Assembly: GCF_009914755.1 (NCBI RefSeq)
Contig: NC_060934.1
DNA: 64,000 nt
Origin: the human T2T-CHM13v2.0 reference genome, Homo sapiens
Strand: one strand, 5' to 3'
Shown here: positions 32,901-46,974 of the stretch, in pieces
How positions within the stretch are numbered: position 1 is the first letter of the stretch
Layout of the letters: each line of letters opens with the position of its first letter
Position numbers and translations under genes: made by a program
The notes under the pieces: model-generated
Told to the model about the DNA's origin: nothing
What the model saw: only the letters and a program-made list of their open reading frames with translations
Databases searched by the model: none

Positions 32901-35423
32901 TGAAGCAAAGCCCCCAGCAGCGGCGACAACCTCTGATTTCCTCTGTGTCATTGGCAAGCCTGCTAGTTTCCTACCTGCTTTTCTACCTCTTTATATATCA
33001 TCCTGGTCTTCTAAATAAATCTGGGTTGTCTTTAAGGTGCTTATAAGCAAATGAAAGACAGATCTAAGGGAAAGAGCATTAGATTTCCTGCCTTCCTTTT
33101 CTTATTCACATTTTTTTTAAGACAGGTTTCCCATTTGCTCCCTGGGCTGCCAAGGGCATAATGTACAGAAGATAAAATATGGCAGCACACTCTTCTTTCT
33201 CCTCTCTGTATCAGCACCCCGGGGCTCCTGTTTCAGAGGATATGTTCTTTAAAATCATTGGCCCTGATCGCACACCCTCCCCAGGGAATTTACAGTTCTC
33301 CCTCCTCCTTATTCCAGGCTTGCAGCCAGAAGATGGGGTTCACCACACTCCCCTTTGTCCTTATCTCCAGATAGCTGTGACCTCTCACACATGTGGGTAC
33401 GGCAACCCTAAGACCCCAGTTAAATGTCTAGAAAGGCCCCATCCATTGCGAGAGAACCACTCCTCCCCGACCCTCTTACTCCACAAGGCCAGTACTGTGG
33501 CCCCTACTGTAAACTCTCAAATCCTGGGTGCCTCACCTGCTCTTCTGGGCTTTGGAGGGGAGTCACCAGTGTCTCACGGGCAGTCCCTTTTAACTGGTGA
33601 GCTTGCTGAAAACAGAGGCCTCACACCTCCTGGACCAGGACAGGGATCCACAGGAGGCGAGGTAGAGTGGCCAGGAAAGCCACAGGGAAGTCAAAGGAGG
33701 CAAAATACAAGTGCCTGTGTGCACAGGGCTCTGCCCACGGAGCTTCGAGCCACATTCGCAACTTACTGAGAAATGCCCGTGGGATTGTTCACCAGCCATT
33801 TAACTAACCTGTATGTACCCGGTGGGAGCTTTAGTAGGGAAATTTCAGCTGGAGATGCACATGTTCCTTCCTGGCTCTAGGTGCTGCCATGGCCTGGACC
33901 CTGTGCCCACCCTGGGTTGGGAGTGTCTGGTGTGTTCCCTCACCTACCCTCCCCGGGATCCCGTGAGCCAGGGGTGATGCAGCTGTTTAGCAGATGTGGA
34001 AGCAGATTAACTGGTGAGGGTGGGAATTCACCTTCCACCTTGCTGAAGTTTGGTTTCATTTAATATTCTCACCATCAGCCAGTTCCTGGGGTGAGCTCCA
34101 CGCAGCTCTCTGAAGAAGGGGCAAGAGGAACATTAGGCTGACAGAGACAGGGGGTGAGAAGTCCACCTGCTATGTTCCGGACTATTCTAACACCCAGCCC
34201 CACAGCCCACCCCCAGCCCATGTACCCACTGACTCTTGTTCCTCTGCGGTGGCCTGTGCTGGGCCCATCTGAAAGGAGAACTTCGCTCTCCTGGTGCCTC
34301 CATCCCTGTGCTCCTCCTGGGAGATGGAGAATACCACCTCTCCAGGCCAAGATCCCCCTGTTTATTTCATCCCTTCAAGGAGGGGTGATGAGGGTCAATG
34401 TTAGTCAGGGTTTTGTTTTCCAAAGGCTAGAAGCAAAGTTAGGACCACAGAGGCCTCCTTCTGCGAGCCAGGAACAATACACAAGTGGGCTGTTCTAATT
34501 TCATTTTCCTTTCTCTCCGAGCTCCTAAGTTCACTGCACAAAGCACATGGAAAGGTAATCTGTTGCTACCCAGATTGACCTCTCTGCCCACACACATTCC
34601 CTGCTTCCTTAAAGGATGGAAAGGAAAGGTAAAAAAATTGCAAAATTACTGCTTTGGGTTCAGGAAATCCCAGCTCCTGGAATCGATGGGTTAATATGGG
34701 GTCCATTTATAAATTCCAGCTGTTGAGTCTGTGCTACACGGTTCATGCTCCACATTCCAGCTGGAGGCCGTGTAATCAGCGTTGGAATGGGTAAAAAGGA
34801 TAATATCTTGAGCTGTTTAATTTTTGTTCCTGCTTCCCAGTGGGCCTATCCTAAGATTTCAACTCCTTGCCTCAGCTTGGATGGGCTAGTGTAAAGTTAC
34901 TTTCCAAAGAAGCCGAGAGAACATTTCGTGTAAAGAAGGTGTGGGGCAGATGCCATTGGCTTGTATTTGACAGAGAACAAGTTTCCACTTAGGGTGGGGC
35001 CCGCCTGCCTCAGGCTCCTGCTGAATGAATCCCAGCTGTGCAGGGCTGGCCACTGACTGCCTCTAGCCCACTTTGGGGGAAGAACTCCTCCCTACTTAAT
35101 GCTAGGGCATTTGGGAACCAGGCACAGACAGCAGGTGGGTTTTAGCCAGATGCAGAAATCTGACTGTACACCAAGAGGGCCCAGCCAAGTCTAGAGAGCC
35201 TTGTGGGACTCCTCAAAATGAAGGCAGCATTAGCATGTTATGGAAGAAGGCAATCGGTAAAGCAAACAGCAAGTCTAAAGGGAAGAAATGATGGAGCCGT
35301 CAGAAAGGCTTGAGAACTCTCCAGGCTCTAAGCTTCAAAGAGGCCGCTCATGTTATTAATTTCCCAGTTACCTTGGCCAGAACCTACACCAACAGTCAGA
35401 GTTCTAAGAAGTGATGAATCTAA

Positions 35424-35770
<347 letters not shown>

Positions 35771-35820
35771 TCAGTTTCCTGTTAAATGAAGACATTGGAG
35801 TGGATGATCTCTAAGGTCCC

Positions 35821-36207
35821 TGTATTAATCCATTTTCATACTGCCATAAAGAACTGCTTGAGACTGAGCAATTTAAAAAGGAAAAGGTTTAATTGACTCA
35901 CAGTTCAGCATGGCTGGGGAGGCCTCAGGAAACTTACAATCATGGCAGAAAGCGAAGGGGAAGCAAGGTACATTCTTCACAAGGTGGCAGGAAGAAGAAG
36001 TGCCAAGCAAATGGGGAGGAGCCCCTTATAAAACTATCAGACCTCATGGGAACTCACTCACTATCACGAGAACAGCATGGGGGAAACTGTCCCCATGACC
36101 CAGTTACCTCCACCCGGTCTCTCCCTGGACATGTGGGGATTACCAAGATTATGGAGATTATAATTCAAGATAAGATTTGGGTGGGGACACAAAGCCTAAG
36201 TATATCA
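35821..36207 (-). mobile_element. THE1 (THE1D-like) solo LTR
   Basis: tg...ca termini, gaggcctcaggaaacttacaatcatggcagaa, ctcactcactatcacgagaacagcatggg; 5-bp TSD gtccc / ttccc. Confidence 0.9.
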
Positions 36208-36903
36208 TTCCCTTTCAGGTCAATTTTGTCTGAGACTCTCTAAATTTGGTTGTGATCCATTTGACCAATAAGCATCTTTCTATGGAGATGCGTTAACATA
36301 TACTAACTTGCCCTTGGGAAGTACTTGTCTCACTATTTCCCCAGAAATGAAGAAGTTGCGTAACAACAAATAAACTACTGTGAACATTATTTGTATTGTT
36401 AGTACTTAGTAGTAGATAAATAAATGTGTCTTCAGAACTGGTGGAGTTTTGTTAGGATAATTTCTAAGAAATACCTTGTAAATAAACATTCAGCAAAGAC
36501 TCAACAAAACGCTTCAATCCATCATTTATCTACAAAAATTTCTAAGCAATGCCATGCAGGTAATTGCTGTATCAAATACTCACAGACTTGTATCTTTTGG
36601 GGATTCCAGTTGGTCATTCAGTGGACATAACTCAGCATGAAGAGTTTCTACCTGAGTGAACAGGTCCAGGCTGTGTCTGAATCCACTTCACTGATGACCA
36701 AGAAACCCAGATCTTGGGACCTTTTTGCCCAAGTTAGCATGGATGGGTTCAAGCAATCAAACCCACCTTTTCCTTAATCACCGATTTGAAGCAGTGGTGG
36801 GTCCAGACATTACAGCCAGGGATGGCGGCTCTCCGGCCTTTAACAGAGAACCATGTGTCCTGCTTGCCTATGATGCTACTGCTCCCTTAGAAACGATATC
36901 TAT

Positions 36904-37174
36904 GCCAGGTGCGATGGCTCATGTCTGTAATCTCAGCACTTTGGGAGGCCGAGGCAGGCAGACTACTTGAGATCAGGAGTTTGAGACCAGCATGGCCAAC
37001 ATGGTGAAACCCCATCTCTACTGAAAATATAAAAATTAGCCAGGCATGGTGGCAAGCACCTGTAGTCCTAGCTACTCAGGAGGCTGAGGCTTGAGCCAGA
37101 GAGGCGGAGGTTGCAGTGGGCTGAGATCATGCCAATGCACCCCACACTGGGTGACACAGTGAGACTTCATCTCA

Positions 37175-37205
<31 letters not shown>

Positions 37206-37549
37206 CTATATCTGTGTGCTTTGAGGTTGGGCTCAGTGGCTCATGACTGTAATCCCAGCACTTTGGGATGCTGAGGTGAGTGGATCACTTGAGGTCAGGA
37301 GTTCAAGACCAACCTGGCCAACATGGTGAAACTCTGTCTCTACTCTACTAAAAGTACAAAAATTAGCAGGGTATGGTGGCACATACCTGTAGTCTAAGCT
37401 ACTCAGGAGGCTGAGGTACAAGAATCACTTGAACCCAGGAGGCAGAGATTGCAGTGAGCTGAGATCGCACCACTGCACTACAACCTGGGTGACAGAGTGA
37501 GAATCTGTCTCAAAAAAAAAAAAAAAAGAAAGAAAGAAAGAAAAAATAT
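36904..37549 (+). mobile_element. Two tandem AluS elements (36904-37200, 37225-37549)
   Basis: Dimeric Alus; aaac(g/t)atat motif before, between and after them. Confidence 0.93.
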
Positions 37550-37644
37550 AAACTATATATGTGCTCTTTGATTTGGCTATACATAGAGGATTTTAGAATT
37601 CCAGTAAATAATTTCCTAAGTATAGTTCTGTGATGCAGAATGCT

Positions 37645-37790
37645 ATTCAAATCATTTATTCAACACATTGATCAAATACCTATTGCATGTCTCACAATAT
37701 TCTAGCCAATGGCACCACCCACACTAATGAATAAGACTGATGAAGCTCCTGCCCCCACGAAGTTTACAATCTAGCAGAAGAGACATTGCT
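37645..37790 (-). mobile_element. L2 3' end
   Basis: tcatttattcaacacattgatcaaatacctattgcatgtc...gaataagac...cctgcccccacgaagtttacaatctag. Confidence 0.75.
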
Positions 37791-38101
37791 AACTGTGAGT
37801 GGGCTGCCCATAACCAACTCCAGGGGAAAGCTGGACTGTTATCTGGCTGAGGACAGAAAAATTCCCTTACACTGAGATGGGAATCTAAAGCCCAGTGGGG
37901 AAATAGCTAGCTAAATTATGACCTGAGGTCATCTGATTGAAGTGCTTATTGAGGGCAGGGCTTGGGGGACTGGGCTGAGTCTGCCACAGAATGATGTGCA
38001 GGACACGAAGGATTTCAGGGATTCTAGGATGAGGTGGCTGCCTATAATAGAATTGGACAGTTTATGTGAGAGGAAAACAAAGTTAAATCACTAACTTTGC
38101 T

Positions 38102-38427
38102 TCTTTTTGTGTGTGTGCATGTGTGTGAGACAGAGTCTTGCTCTTATGGCCCAGGCTGGAGTGCAATGGCACGATCTTGGCCCACTACAACCTCTGCCTC
38201 CTGGGTTCAAGCGATTCTCCTGCCTTAGCCTCCTGAATAGCTGGGATTACAGGTGCCCCCCCACCATGCCCGGCTAATTTTTTTGTTTTTTGTTTGTTTT
38301 TTTTTTAGTAGTGACACGTTTTCACCATGTTGGCCAGGCTGATCTCGAACTCCTGACTTCAAGTGATCTGCCTGCCTCTGCCTTTCAAAGTGCTGGGATT
38401 ACACGCGTGAGCCACCGTGCCTGGCCA
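38102..38427 (-). mobile_element. AluS (Sq-like)
   Basis: Dimeric Alu; TSD cactaactttgcttct / cactaagtttgcttct. Confidence 0.94.
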
Positions 38428-38479
38428 CTAAGTTTGCTTCTTAAGGCATTGACTGAAACCCCAGGTTTAACTCTTGAAG

Positions 38480-38775
38480 GGGTGAGCCCCACCACTGAGC
38501 TGGTTGAGAGAGTGCTGTGGAAATGGCAGTTTTGTGACTCCAGGATGGCTACGACAAGGACCCGATTATGGAAATAAACACCCACAACGGGACCAAGTCC
38601 CTGCAGAGTGAACTTGCTCCCCTAGCCCCTCATTGCTGCTTATTTCCAGAGTGTGGCTCTCAACACCTCCCACAGATGCTGTCAGGCACCTCACATCTTC
38701 CCATTAAATGTCTTTCTTTATAAACTCACCAGAGTTAGTTTCTGCACTTGTAATCTAGATCCCTAACTGGTGCAG
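38480..38775 (+). mobile_element. LTR33-like ERVL LTR remnant
   Basis: 3' end attaaatgtctttctttataaactcaccagagttagtttctgcacttgtaatctagatccctaactggtgca. Confidence 0.55.
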
Positions 38776-39112
38776 AAATTGGATATTCCATAAAATAATA
38801 CAAACATTCTAAAAGACTTAAGGGCATGCAGCAAGGGAATGAGTAATGAAAACATTATAGCATTTCCCGTAACCTTTCTGGGCAACTTTCAGTTTCAAGG
38901 CAGGGCTTCCATCAGGCCAAAGGTTGGATTGCACACCTCCTGTAGGCCCAAGTTTTGGTATGCCTTATGATGGATGCAAATGTAGCTCGGGACACCTCTC
39001 TCTAAGTGCTGTATAAATAATCCAGCGAGTGAAAAAAGATTTGCATGTATGAAACTGGAGAAAAACAAGCATCTCCATATAACCAAGTGTGCAGTGCCAG
39101 ACCCTGGACCTT

Positions 39113-39418
39113 CTTTATTGCTAAAAATGCTCACAGTCATCAGATCCTTCAGCAAGATGCAATCTTCTTTCTGGTGGGGGTGTCTTGTCTCGATGTTGAT
39201 GGCTGCTGAGTAATCAGGGTGGTGGCTGCTGAAGTTTGGGGTGGCTGTGGCAATTTCTTAAAATCAGACAATAATGAAGTTTGCCACATCGACTGACTCT
39301 TCCTTTCGTGAAAGATCTCCCTGTAGCAGGTGATGCTGTCTGATAGCATTTTACCCATGGTAGAGCTTCTTTCAACATCAGAGTCAAACATCTCAAACCC
39401 TGACACTGTTCTGTTAAT
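39113..39418 (-). mobile_element. Tigger1 internal fragment (transposase C-terminus remnant)
   Basis: ORF 39149-39442(-) reads [27 protein letters not shown]...[13 protein letters not shown]...QQPSTSRQD, matching the Tigger1/TIGD1-type C-terminus; no TIRs seen. Confidence 0.88.
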
Positions 39419-39845
<427 letters not shown>

Positions 39846-40278
39846 CATGTGTGTATTTCTATGTGGAAGGCATCTTGTAGGCATCAACTTTTAGGTTCTC
39901 AGATCTAGAAAGAACTAGAATTTATTTAATCTGAAAATTATTTCTCTCATCTCACTCTATTTTCTTTATCTTAGGAATCACCTTAAATGCTTTCTAGAAG
40001 TGGGTATGCAGAAGACTGGACCAGGTCTTATGAGGTTGAGAGGAGAAGGTGAGGGAACAACAAAAAAATGGGCAGGACATGGTCTCATAGAAAGATATGA
40101 CAGTCCCCAGACAGTGCCAGATCCCATGAGAAAACAGTCCCATGGGTAGCACCATGGTCTGAATGCTCCCCAAACTTCAAATGCTGACATTCAACCCCCA
40201 AGGGGATGGTATTAGGAAGGGGAGCCTTTGGGAGGGGATTGAGTCATGAGAACAGAAACCTCGTGAAAGGGATTTGGT

Positions 40279-40918
40279 CTGTATACATCTATATGCATTG
40301 GTATAACGGAATACCTGAGGCTAGGTAATTTATAAAGTGGTAGATCACCTGAGGTCAGGAGTTCCAGACCAGCCTGACCAATATGGTGAAACCCTGTCTC
40401 AACTAAAAATACAAAAATTCACCAGGCGTGGTGGCACATGCCTGTAATCCCAGCTGCTCGGGAAGCTGAGGCAGGAGAATCACTTGAACCCGGGAGGCGG
40501 AGGTTGCACTGAACCTAGATCACACCCCTGCACTCCAGCCTGAGCAACAGAGCAAGACTCCACCTCCAAAAAAAAAAAAAAAAGAGGTTGATTTGGGCCC
40601 ATAGTTTTGCAGGCTGTATGAGAAGCATTGTGCTGGCATCTGCTTCTGGTGAGGCCTCAGGAAGCTTCCAATCATACTGAAAGGTGCAGGAGGAGCCTGT
40701 GTGTCACATGGCAAGACAGTGGGGAGGAGGTGCCAGACTCTTTTAAACAGCCAGCTCTTGCATGAACCAATAGAACGATAACTCACTCATTACTACAGGG
40801 AGGGCACTAAGTGATTCATGAGGGATCTGCTCCCAGGACCTACCACTTCCCACCAGGCCCCACCTTCAACACTGGGGATCACATTTCAATGTGAGGTTTG
40901 GAGAAACAAACTATATCA
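40279..40918 (-). mobile_element. MSTB-like LTR containing a 5'-truncated AluS (40337-40582, + strand)
   Basis: gaatacctgaggctaggtaatttataaag | Alu | agaggtt...ggcatctgcttctggtgaggcctcaggaagcttccaatcat...actatatca. Confidence 0.85.
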
Positions 40919-41078
40919 GTTCTCTTATAAAAAGAGTGTTACCTCATCCTTTACACCATGTAAGGACCCAACAAGAAGGTGGTGGCTGTCAGTGAACTAG
41001 AGAGCAAACTCTCGCCAGACACAGAATCTGCTGGGGCCTCGATTGGGACTTCCCAGGCTCCAGAATCACGAGAAATAA

Positions 41079-41080
<2 letters not shown>

Positions 41081-41116
<36 letters not shown>

Positions 41117-41410
41117 GTTTTGTTTTTGAGACAGGATCTCACGCTGTTACCCAGGCTGGAGTACAGCGGTGCAACCTCAGCTCACTATAACCTCCACCTC
41201 CCAGGTTCAAGCTATCCTCCCACCTCAGCTTCCCCAGTAGCTAGGACTACAGGTGCACACCACCATGCCCAGCTAATTTTTGTATTTTTTGGTAGAGATG
41301 GGGTTTGTCCATGTTGGTCAGGCTGGTCTCAAACTCCTGACCTCAAGTGATCCTCCCACCTCAGCCTCCCAAAGTGCTGGGATTACTGGCATGAGCCACC
41401 GTGCAGGCCA
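41081..41410 (-). mobile_element. Alu (J/Sz-like) with a (TG)n microsatellite at its tail
   Basis: (TG)~15 at 41081-41112 followed by a dimeric Alu. Confidence 0.93.
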
Positions 41411-42106
41411 GCTGTGTTGTTTGCAAGCCATCCAGCCTATGGCATTTTGTTATAGGAGCCCACTAAGACAGCTAGCTATGGCAACAGACAAGGCAGGACT
41501 TCAGAAGATGAGAGTTCTGGGGTGGTCAAGGTGATGTCGTAGATATTGAAATGAGAGGGCCAAGGGACCACTTAGATCTCTCCTACCTGTCTAAGAGGTC
41601 CATGCTGATGTGGAGTGACATTTATTAACCTCAAGGTCCTCCTGTAGTACACACAGCTTCCATGGAAGAGCTTTCTTCCATCACCTCCCACCTTCTCAAG
41701 GTCTGGCTGAGGGCTGTGCAACTGTACTAATGTAGAAAAACAAAAGACAGGAATTCTAAAGATATGGTAAGTTTCTGCACTCGGGGAGCCATGCAGAGTT
41801 CAGTGTCTGGAAGATTCTGAGCCATAATCGGCCTCACATCACAAGGACTTTGCATGCCTTCCATGGCCCAAGCAGACCCAGAGAGCTCTGCAGAGAGAAT
41901 GAGTCTGCAAGGCCATCCCACTAGGGCAGCATCCAACGTCTGACAGGCATTAGGATTTGAGCCCCAGAAGGAGACTGGGTATCCATGGGGGCCACTGATG
42001 GAGTCAGACCAGAGAGCCAAGAACATGCTGGCAGTGAGCCAGAGAGGGAGGCTGAAGGCACAGTGTCTACCCTGATCAGACCAATCCTAGTAAAAACTCT
42101 CCATCA

Positions 42107-42742
<636 letters not shown>

Positions 42743-45700
42743 ACTCCCTCATTTTTCAAGAGGCTCCACCAAAGGGAACACCCACCCAGGTTGGCAGGAC
42801 GCATACCTGGAACCAAATCCTCACCACAACCACTTTAAATCCCCCTGAAGTGGGGTTAACCACCAGAAACTTCCCCCTAAACACTTGGCCTTTGGTAGCT
42901 TTGGATTATATATGACTCTTATATTAAGACATTTTAAACTTTTTTTTTCAGTGACTTTTTCCTCTTTGTAATTAGAGGTAAGGAGGAGGATTTTGTTCCC
43001 ATCGTGTTGTCGCCGTCCTCCCCTGCCATCAGCAAGGTTTTCTCATGCCTCCTGCCAACACAAACCCACTCTGGTGTGGCGCATTTTGCCAACCATCCAG
43101 GGACAGCCTTTGCCTTGTGGGGAGCCTGTGTGCACCCAGACATACCCCAGGAAAGAAAAGGTTGCAGAAAAATGGTTTCCAGCCCTGCTCAAAGCTCTTC
43201 TCAGAGTCAGCGGTTCACAGCAAAGGGACTTTTCCAGAAGTTCCAAAAGGCTCACAGGAGGTTTTATTTTGTTTTTTCACAATTACCAAGGAAAAGGAAA
43301 ATAAATTAACTTGAGTGAAAGCAGAAACCCCTGCGCCCTGACACACAACACAAACCAAACCAAACAGGGAAGTGGTCATGCGCTTTCTCGTAGCCATGAC
43401 GCGCCCAGCCCCAGAGCTGTTAAAGACGCAGCGTTGGTGCAGCGGGCCTGGTGGACACTTCTCTTTGCTCTGCTCAATGCCCCGTGCCTGTTTCTCATTG
43501 AATAAACTTTCTCATGAATTAAGGTCTTGAAATTAAATATATCGATCCCAAAGGGGAGCTTTCAAATTAACTAGTCAGAGTCTTACACAACTACTGGTTT
43601 TCAACAAGCCGGATGAAGGCCACTCAGCCCCAGCCCCGTGTTATTAGTGGGGTTCAGGCCCGTAAATGATCAGGGACACCCTGGACACCTTTAATTTATA
43701 ATTCAATTCCCCCCGATCATTTTAACGATCATTGCTCCTAGACAACATAGAAGGAGCTCATTAAGAACTCTCCACAGACTTCTTTAATCATCTATTATTG
43801 AAAAAGTTCATGAAGCGTGTGTGTGTGTGTGTGTGCACGTGTGTTTAAAGTTGGAAGGTTTCCTAACTTTCCTGCAATAAATTTCTCTTCCAAGTCATAC
43901 CTGAAAAAGCACTTTTCATGGAAGTATCCGTCAATAAAAAATATATATAATATGTGACTGGAGGAATCCTAAAAGTCTAGCTATGTGCTGATGATAAGTT
44001 CTAAATGACAGCTCGAGTCAAGGTCAAGATGGGGAGGCTCCGATGGCATGGCTGAGTAGAAGACAGGGGAGCACCAGGTGAGTGAGTCAACTCACTTTGA
44101 GCCCAGGCCTGAGATGAGACTGGGGCCACCGGACCCTGAGGTCAGCTCTGCCATGGACAGACATGGGTGCCTGGATGGACTGTGGGGCTCCTAAGGACAA
44201 GGTGTGTGGTGTCTGTGGTCCACGTTAACCTGCCTTCCAGATGAAGAGTGAGCCAAGAGGAGAGACACAGAGAGACAGAGAGGCACTCTCCCCGAAATGT
44301 TCTGCCAGGCGTGGTGAAAGACACACCTTTCCCTGGACTCATCTGCCACGTAGTCAAAGCACACATGGCAACTGGAAATTACTGAGAACCAAGCCTCAAT
44401 ATTTACAATTGAGGTAACTTCACGTTTGAACCCTGAGTGTTTCCTAAGCCATTTATCTTCCTCTACGATGATGAGGCATTTGGCCGGAAAGGGAGATAGA
44501 GATGCGAATTGCCGCCTGGACCAAATTGCAGAGAAAGCTAAGAATAGTAGGTAGGACCCACGAAGGCTTCCAAGCCTTTAAATGGACCATCTGGGTGAGA
44601 TGACAGCTCAAAATGGGATCAAAGAGTTGAAGCTGAAAACGAATGCTGTCACTTCCTAGATTTATTGTCAGCTGGACTTAAAAGCATAAGAAAGACTAGG
44701 TTTTTACATTTTCAAACTTTAATAAATCAAATACTCCTTTGAACACATAATCCAGCTGAGTCATGTACCACCCCATGGTCCTGCCGGGCTCACCAGCATC
44801 TGATGGGGGTGGTGAGAAACAGCTTCTTCCTACCCCAGATTAGACCCTGGCCACCAATTGCAGGTCTAAGTAGAAAGCTATTCTAGTGGTTCTCATTCAA
44901 ATGAGCCCCAGGTGAGCCCAGAATCAGAGCTCCCCAGAAGGCACTCAGCTGCAGCCCAGGCCCTAACTGGAAGCTGAGAGCGGCCCCAGGTTCACGGCCC
45001 TCTGGAGGAGGAGCATGTCATAAAGCGCTCATCAGCTCTTGCGGTAACTGGCCCCGTTCACCGTCCTGTGCCTGACCCTGGAACTGATTAGCAGGACATG
45101 AGTAATTTTCCCATTCGACCACCTCAGAAGCAGGTGGGGTGGAGAAACCAGTGGGCAGAGACAAATAAAAGTGTCCATGTTCACGATGTGAAGGCAGCAC
45201 TTAGGCAAAATGAGGGGGTTTTTTTTTAGACTTCTTTGAAATGCAACCAGGGAGAACCAAACTTCAGCCTTTCTGTTGGCCAACAAAAGGCCTGTGGTTG
45301 CCTTTCTGCTTCCACCCCTACAATTAGGGGAGAGGCCACGTTTCTTCCTGAAATGGGATCTACAGAGAGGCCCCTTGTTCCAGGCAGGACCCTGCCGGTA
45401 GCACTGTCAGGGGATAGGACAGCCCATGGAGGCAGCCAGGGTGAAAATGTGAGCAGAGACACCAGGAGGCTGGGACCCTTGGTCTTCCCCAACCCAAGGT
45501 GACATGTGACTGCTTTGGGGCTCCACTGCACACTCTGTCTGAGACCCAGAGATCCAGAGAGAATGATCGGAGCTTGAGATCCCTGGACATAATCCAGATT
45601 TGGGAGACCAACCCAAGGGAGAGTGAGAGACATGGGCTCATCTGCTGCAGCCCAAGAGGGTCACTGCATCAGCACAGAGCTGGCAGAGGGAGGGGAGTTT

Positions 45701-46673
45701 CTTCAGCAGTGGCAGCCTGGGATCATTTGTTTACCTGTTATAATGGGAGCTCACACCTAATTTTAAGTAAAAATGTGTGTTTTCAAGTTTATGGCCCTTC
45801 TTTCCCCAACTTCCTTAACTGTGCTGGTTGTTTTAGGGAGAATGATGAACCGTGTTGCCTCCTGGCCTGTGCCAGCTCCCGCCCTGTCCCCTCCCCAGCG
45901 CCAGCTGCCACCTGCACCTTTAATCATGTCAGGAGGGTCCAAAATGCTGACATCTGCTTCTGAAGTTCGGTTTTAAGTACTTTTTCAGAAATGCAGTTCA
46001 ATGGACTCCACCTGAAATGTCATTTGGAAAATGCTTGGCATTTCTATAGCAGGGCATTTGTTCATTTTAGGAAAAAATTATGAAGGCAAAATAAAGACCA
46101 GACTTGTGGGCCAATTCTTAACGCGACCGCTTGCTAGCAGGAACAGCTCTCCCGCCTCCTCGTTCTCCTCCATCTTTCCTTTGTGGCCACAGTCCTGGGT
46201 TGTCACACTTCCACAATAGGGAAAAACAACCACCACTCGCATCTGCATATTTGACAACTCCAGCTTTTCTCCCCAAAAGGAACCTTAGCTCCAGGCGCTT
46301 AAACTGGCACCCTTTGCTTTACACTTTCTTTATAATACCTAGGGTGTAGAAAAACAGTAAAACGTTTTTATTGTTTAATTTGAAGCAATTATGATTGTAT
46401 GTAATAGAATCCATTTAGTTCAGTTACTTAAGAGTTTAAACAAGTAACCAAATTTCTGGCAAATGGAGAGTGTGCAACAGGGAATTTCTGGGCCAAAGTG
46501 GCTAAAACAGCATTCAGGGATTGTCTCCTGCATGTGATCACCCTCCTCCACAGTGGAATTCACATAGGCCGTGACTTGGAATCTTGGTGTAATCATCATT
46601 TCTAAACAGTGGCTTGGACACCGAGATTAGCATTAATTTAGAAGAACAGAAGAGCAGATAAAATTGGGTGCAG

Positions 46674-46974
46674 GACTGGGCATGGTGGCTCACACCTGTA
46701 ATCCCAGCACTTTGAGAGACCAAGGCAGAAGGAACGCTTGAGGCCAGGAGTTCCAGACTAGTATAGACAACATAGCAAGGCTCCCATCTCTACAAACACA
46801 GACACACCACACACACAATTAGCAGGGAGAGGGGCGTGCCTGCTGTGGTCCTAGCTATTCGAGAGGCTGAGGCACGAGGATCACTTGAGCCCAGAAGTTT
46901 GAGGCTGCAGTGAGCTATGATTGTGTCACTGCACTCCAGCCTGGGTGACAGCAAGACCCTGTCTCAAAAAAAAA
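46674..46974 (+). mobile_element. AluJ
   Basis: Dimeric Alu; TSD aaaattgggtgcag / aaaattggtgcag. Confidence 0.93.

Larger units (their letters stand above)
40150..41470 (+). mobile_element. MLT1A-type LTR split by MSTB and an Alu
   Basis: 5' part atggtctgaatgctcccc...gcctttgggagg...catgag; resumes at ~40919 (ccagacacagaatctgctgg...agaaataaat) and ~41413 (aagccatccagcctatggcattttgttatag...taagaca). Confidence 0.8.

Noticed and set aside
33179-33769. 196-aa ATG-initiated ORF in unique DNA
   Set aside because: Pro/Ser/Gly-rich with no homology I recognise and no promoter or poly-A support; PhyloCSF or Ribo-seq would be needed.
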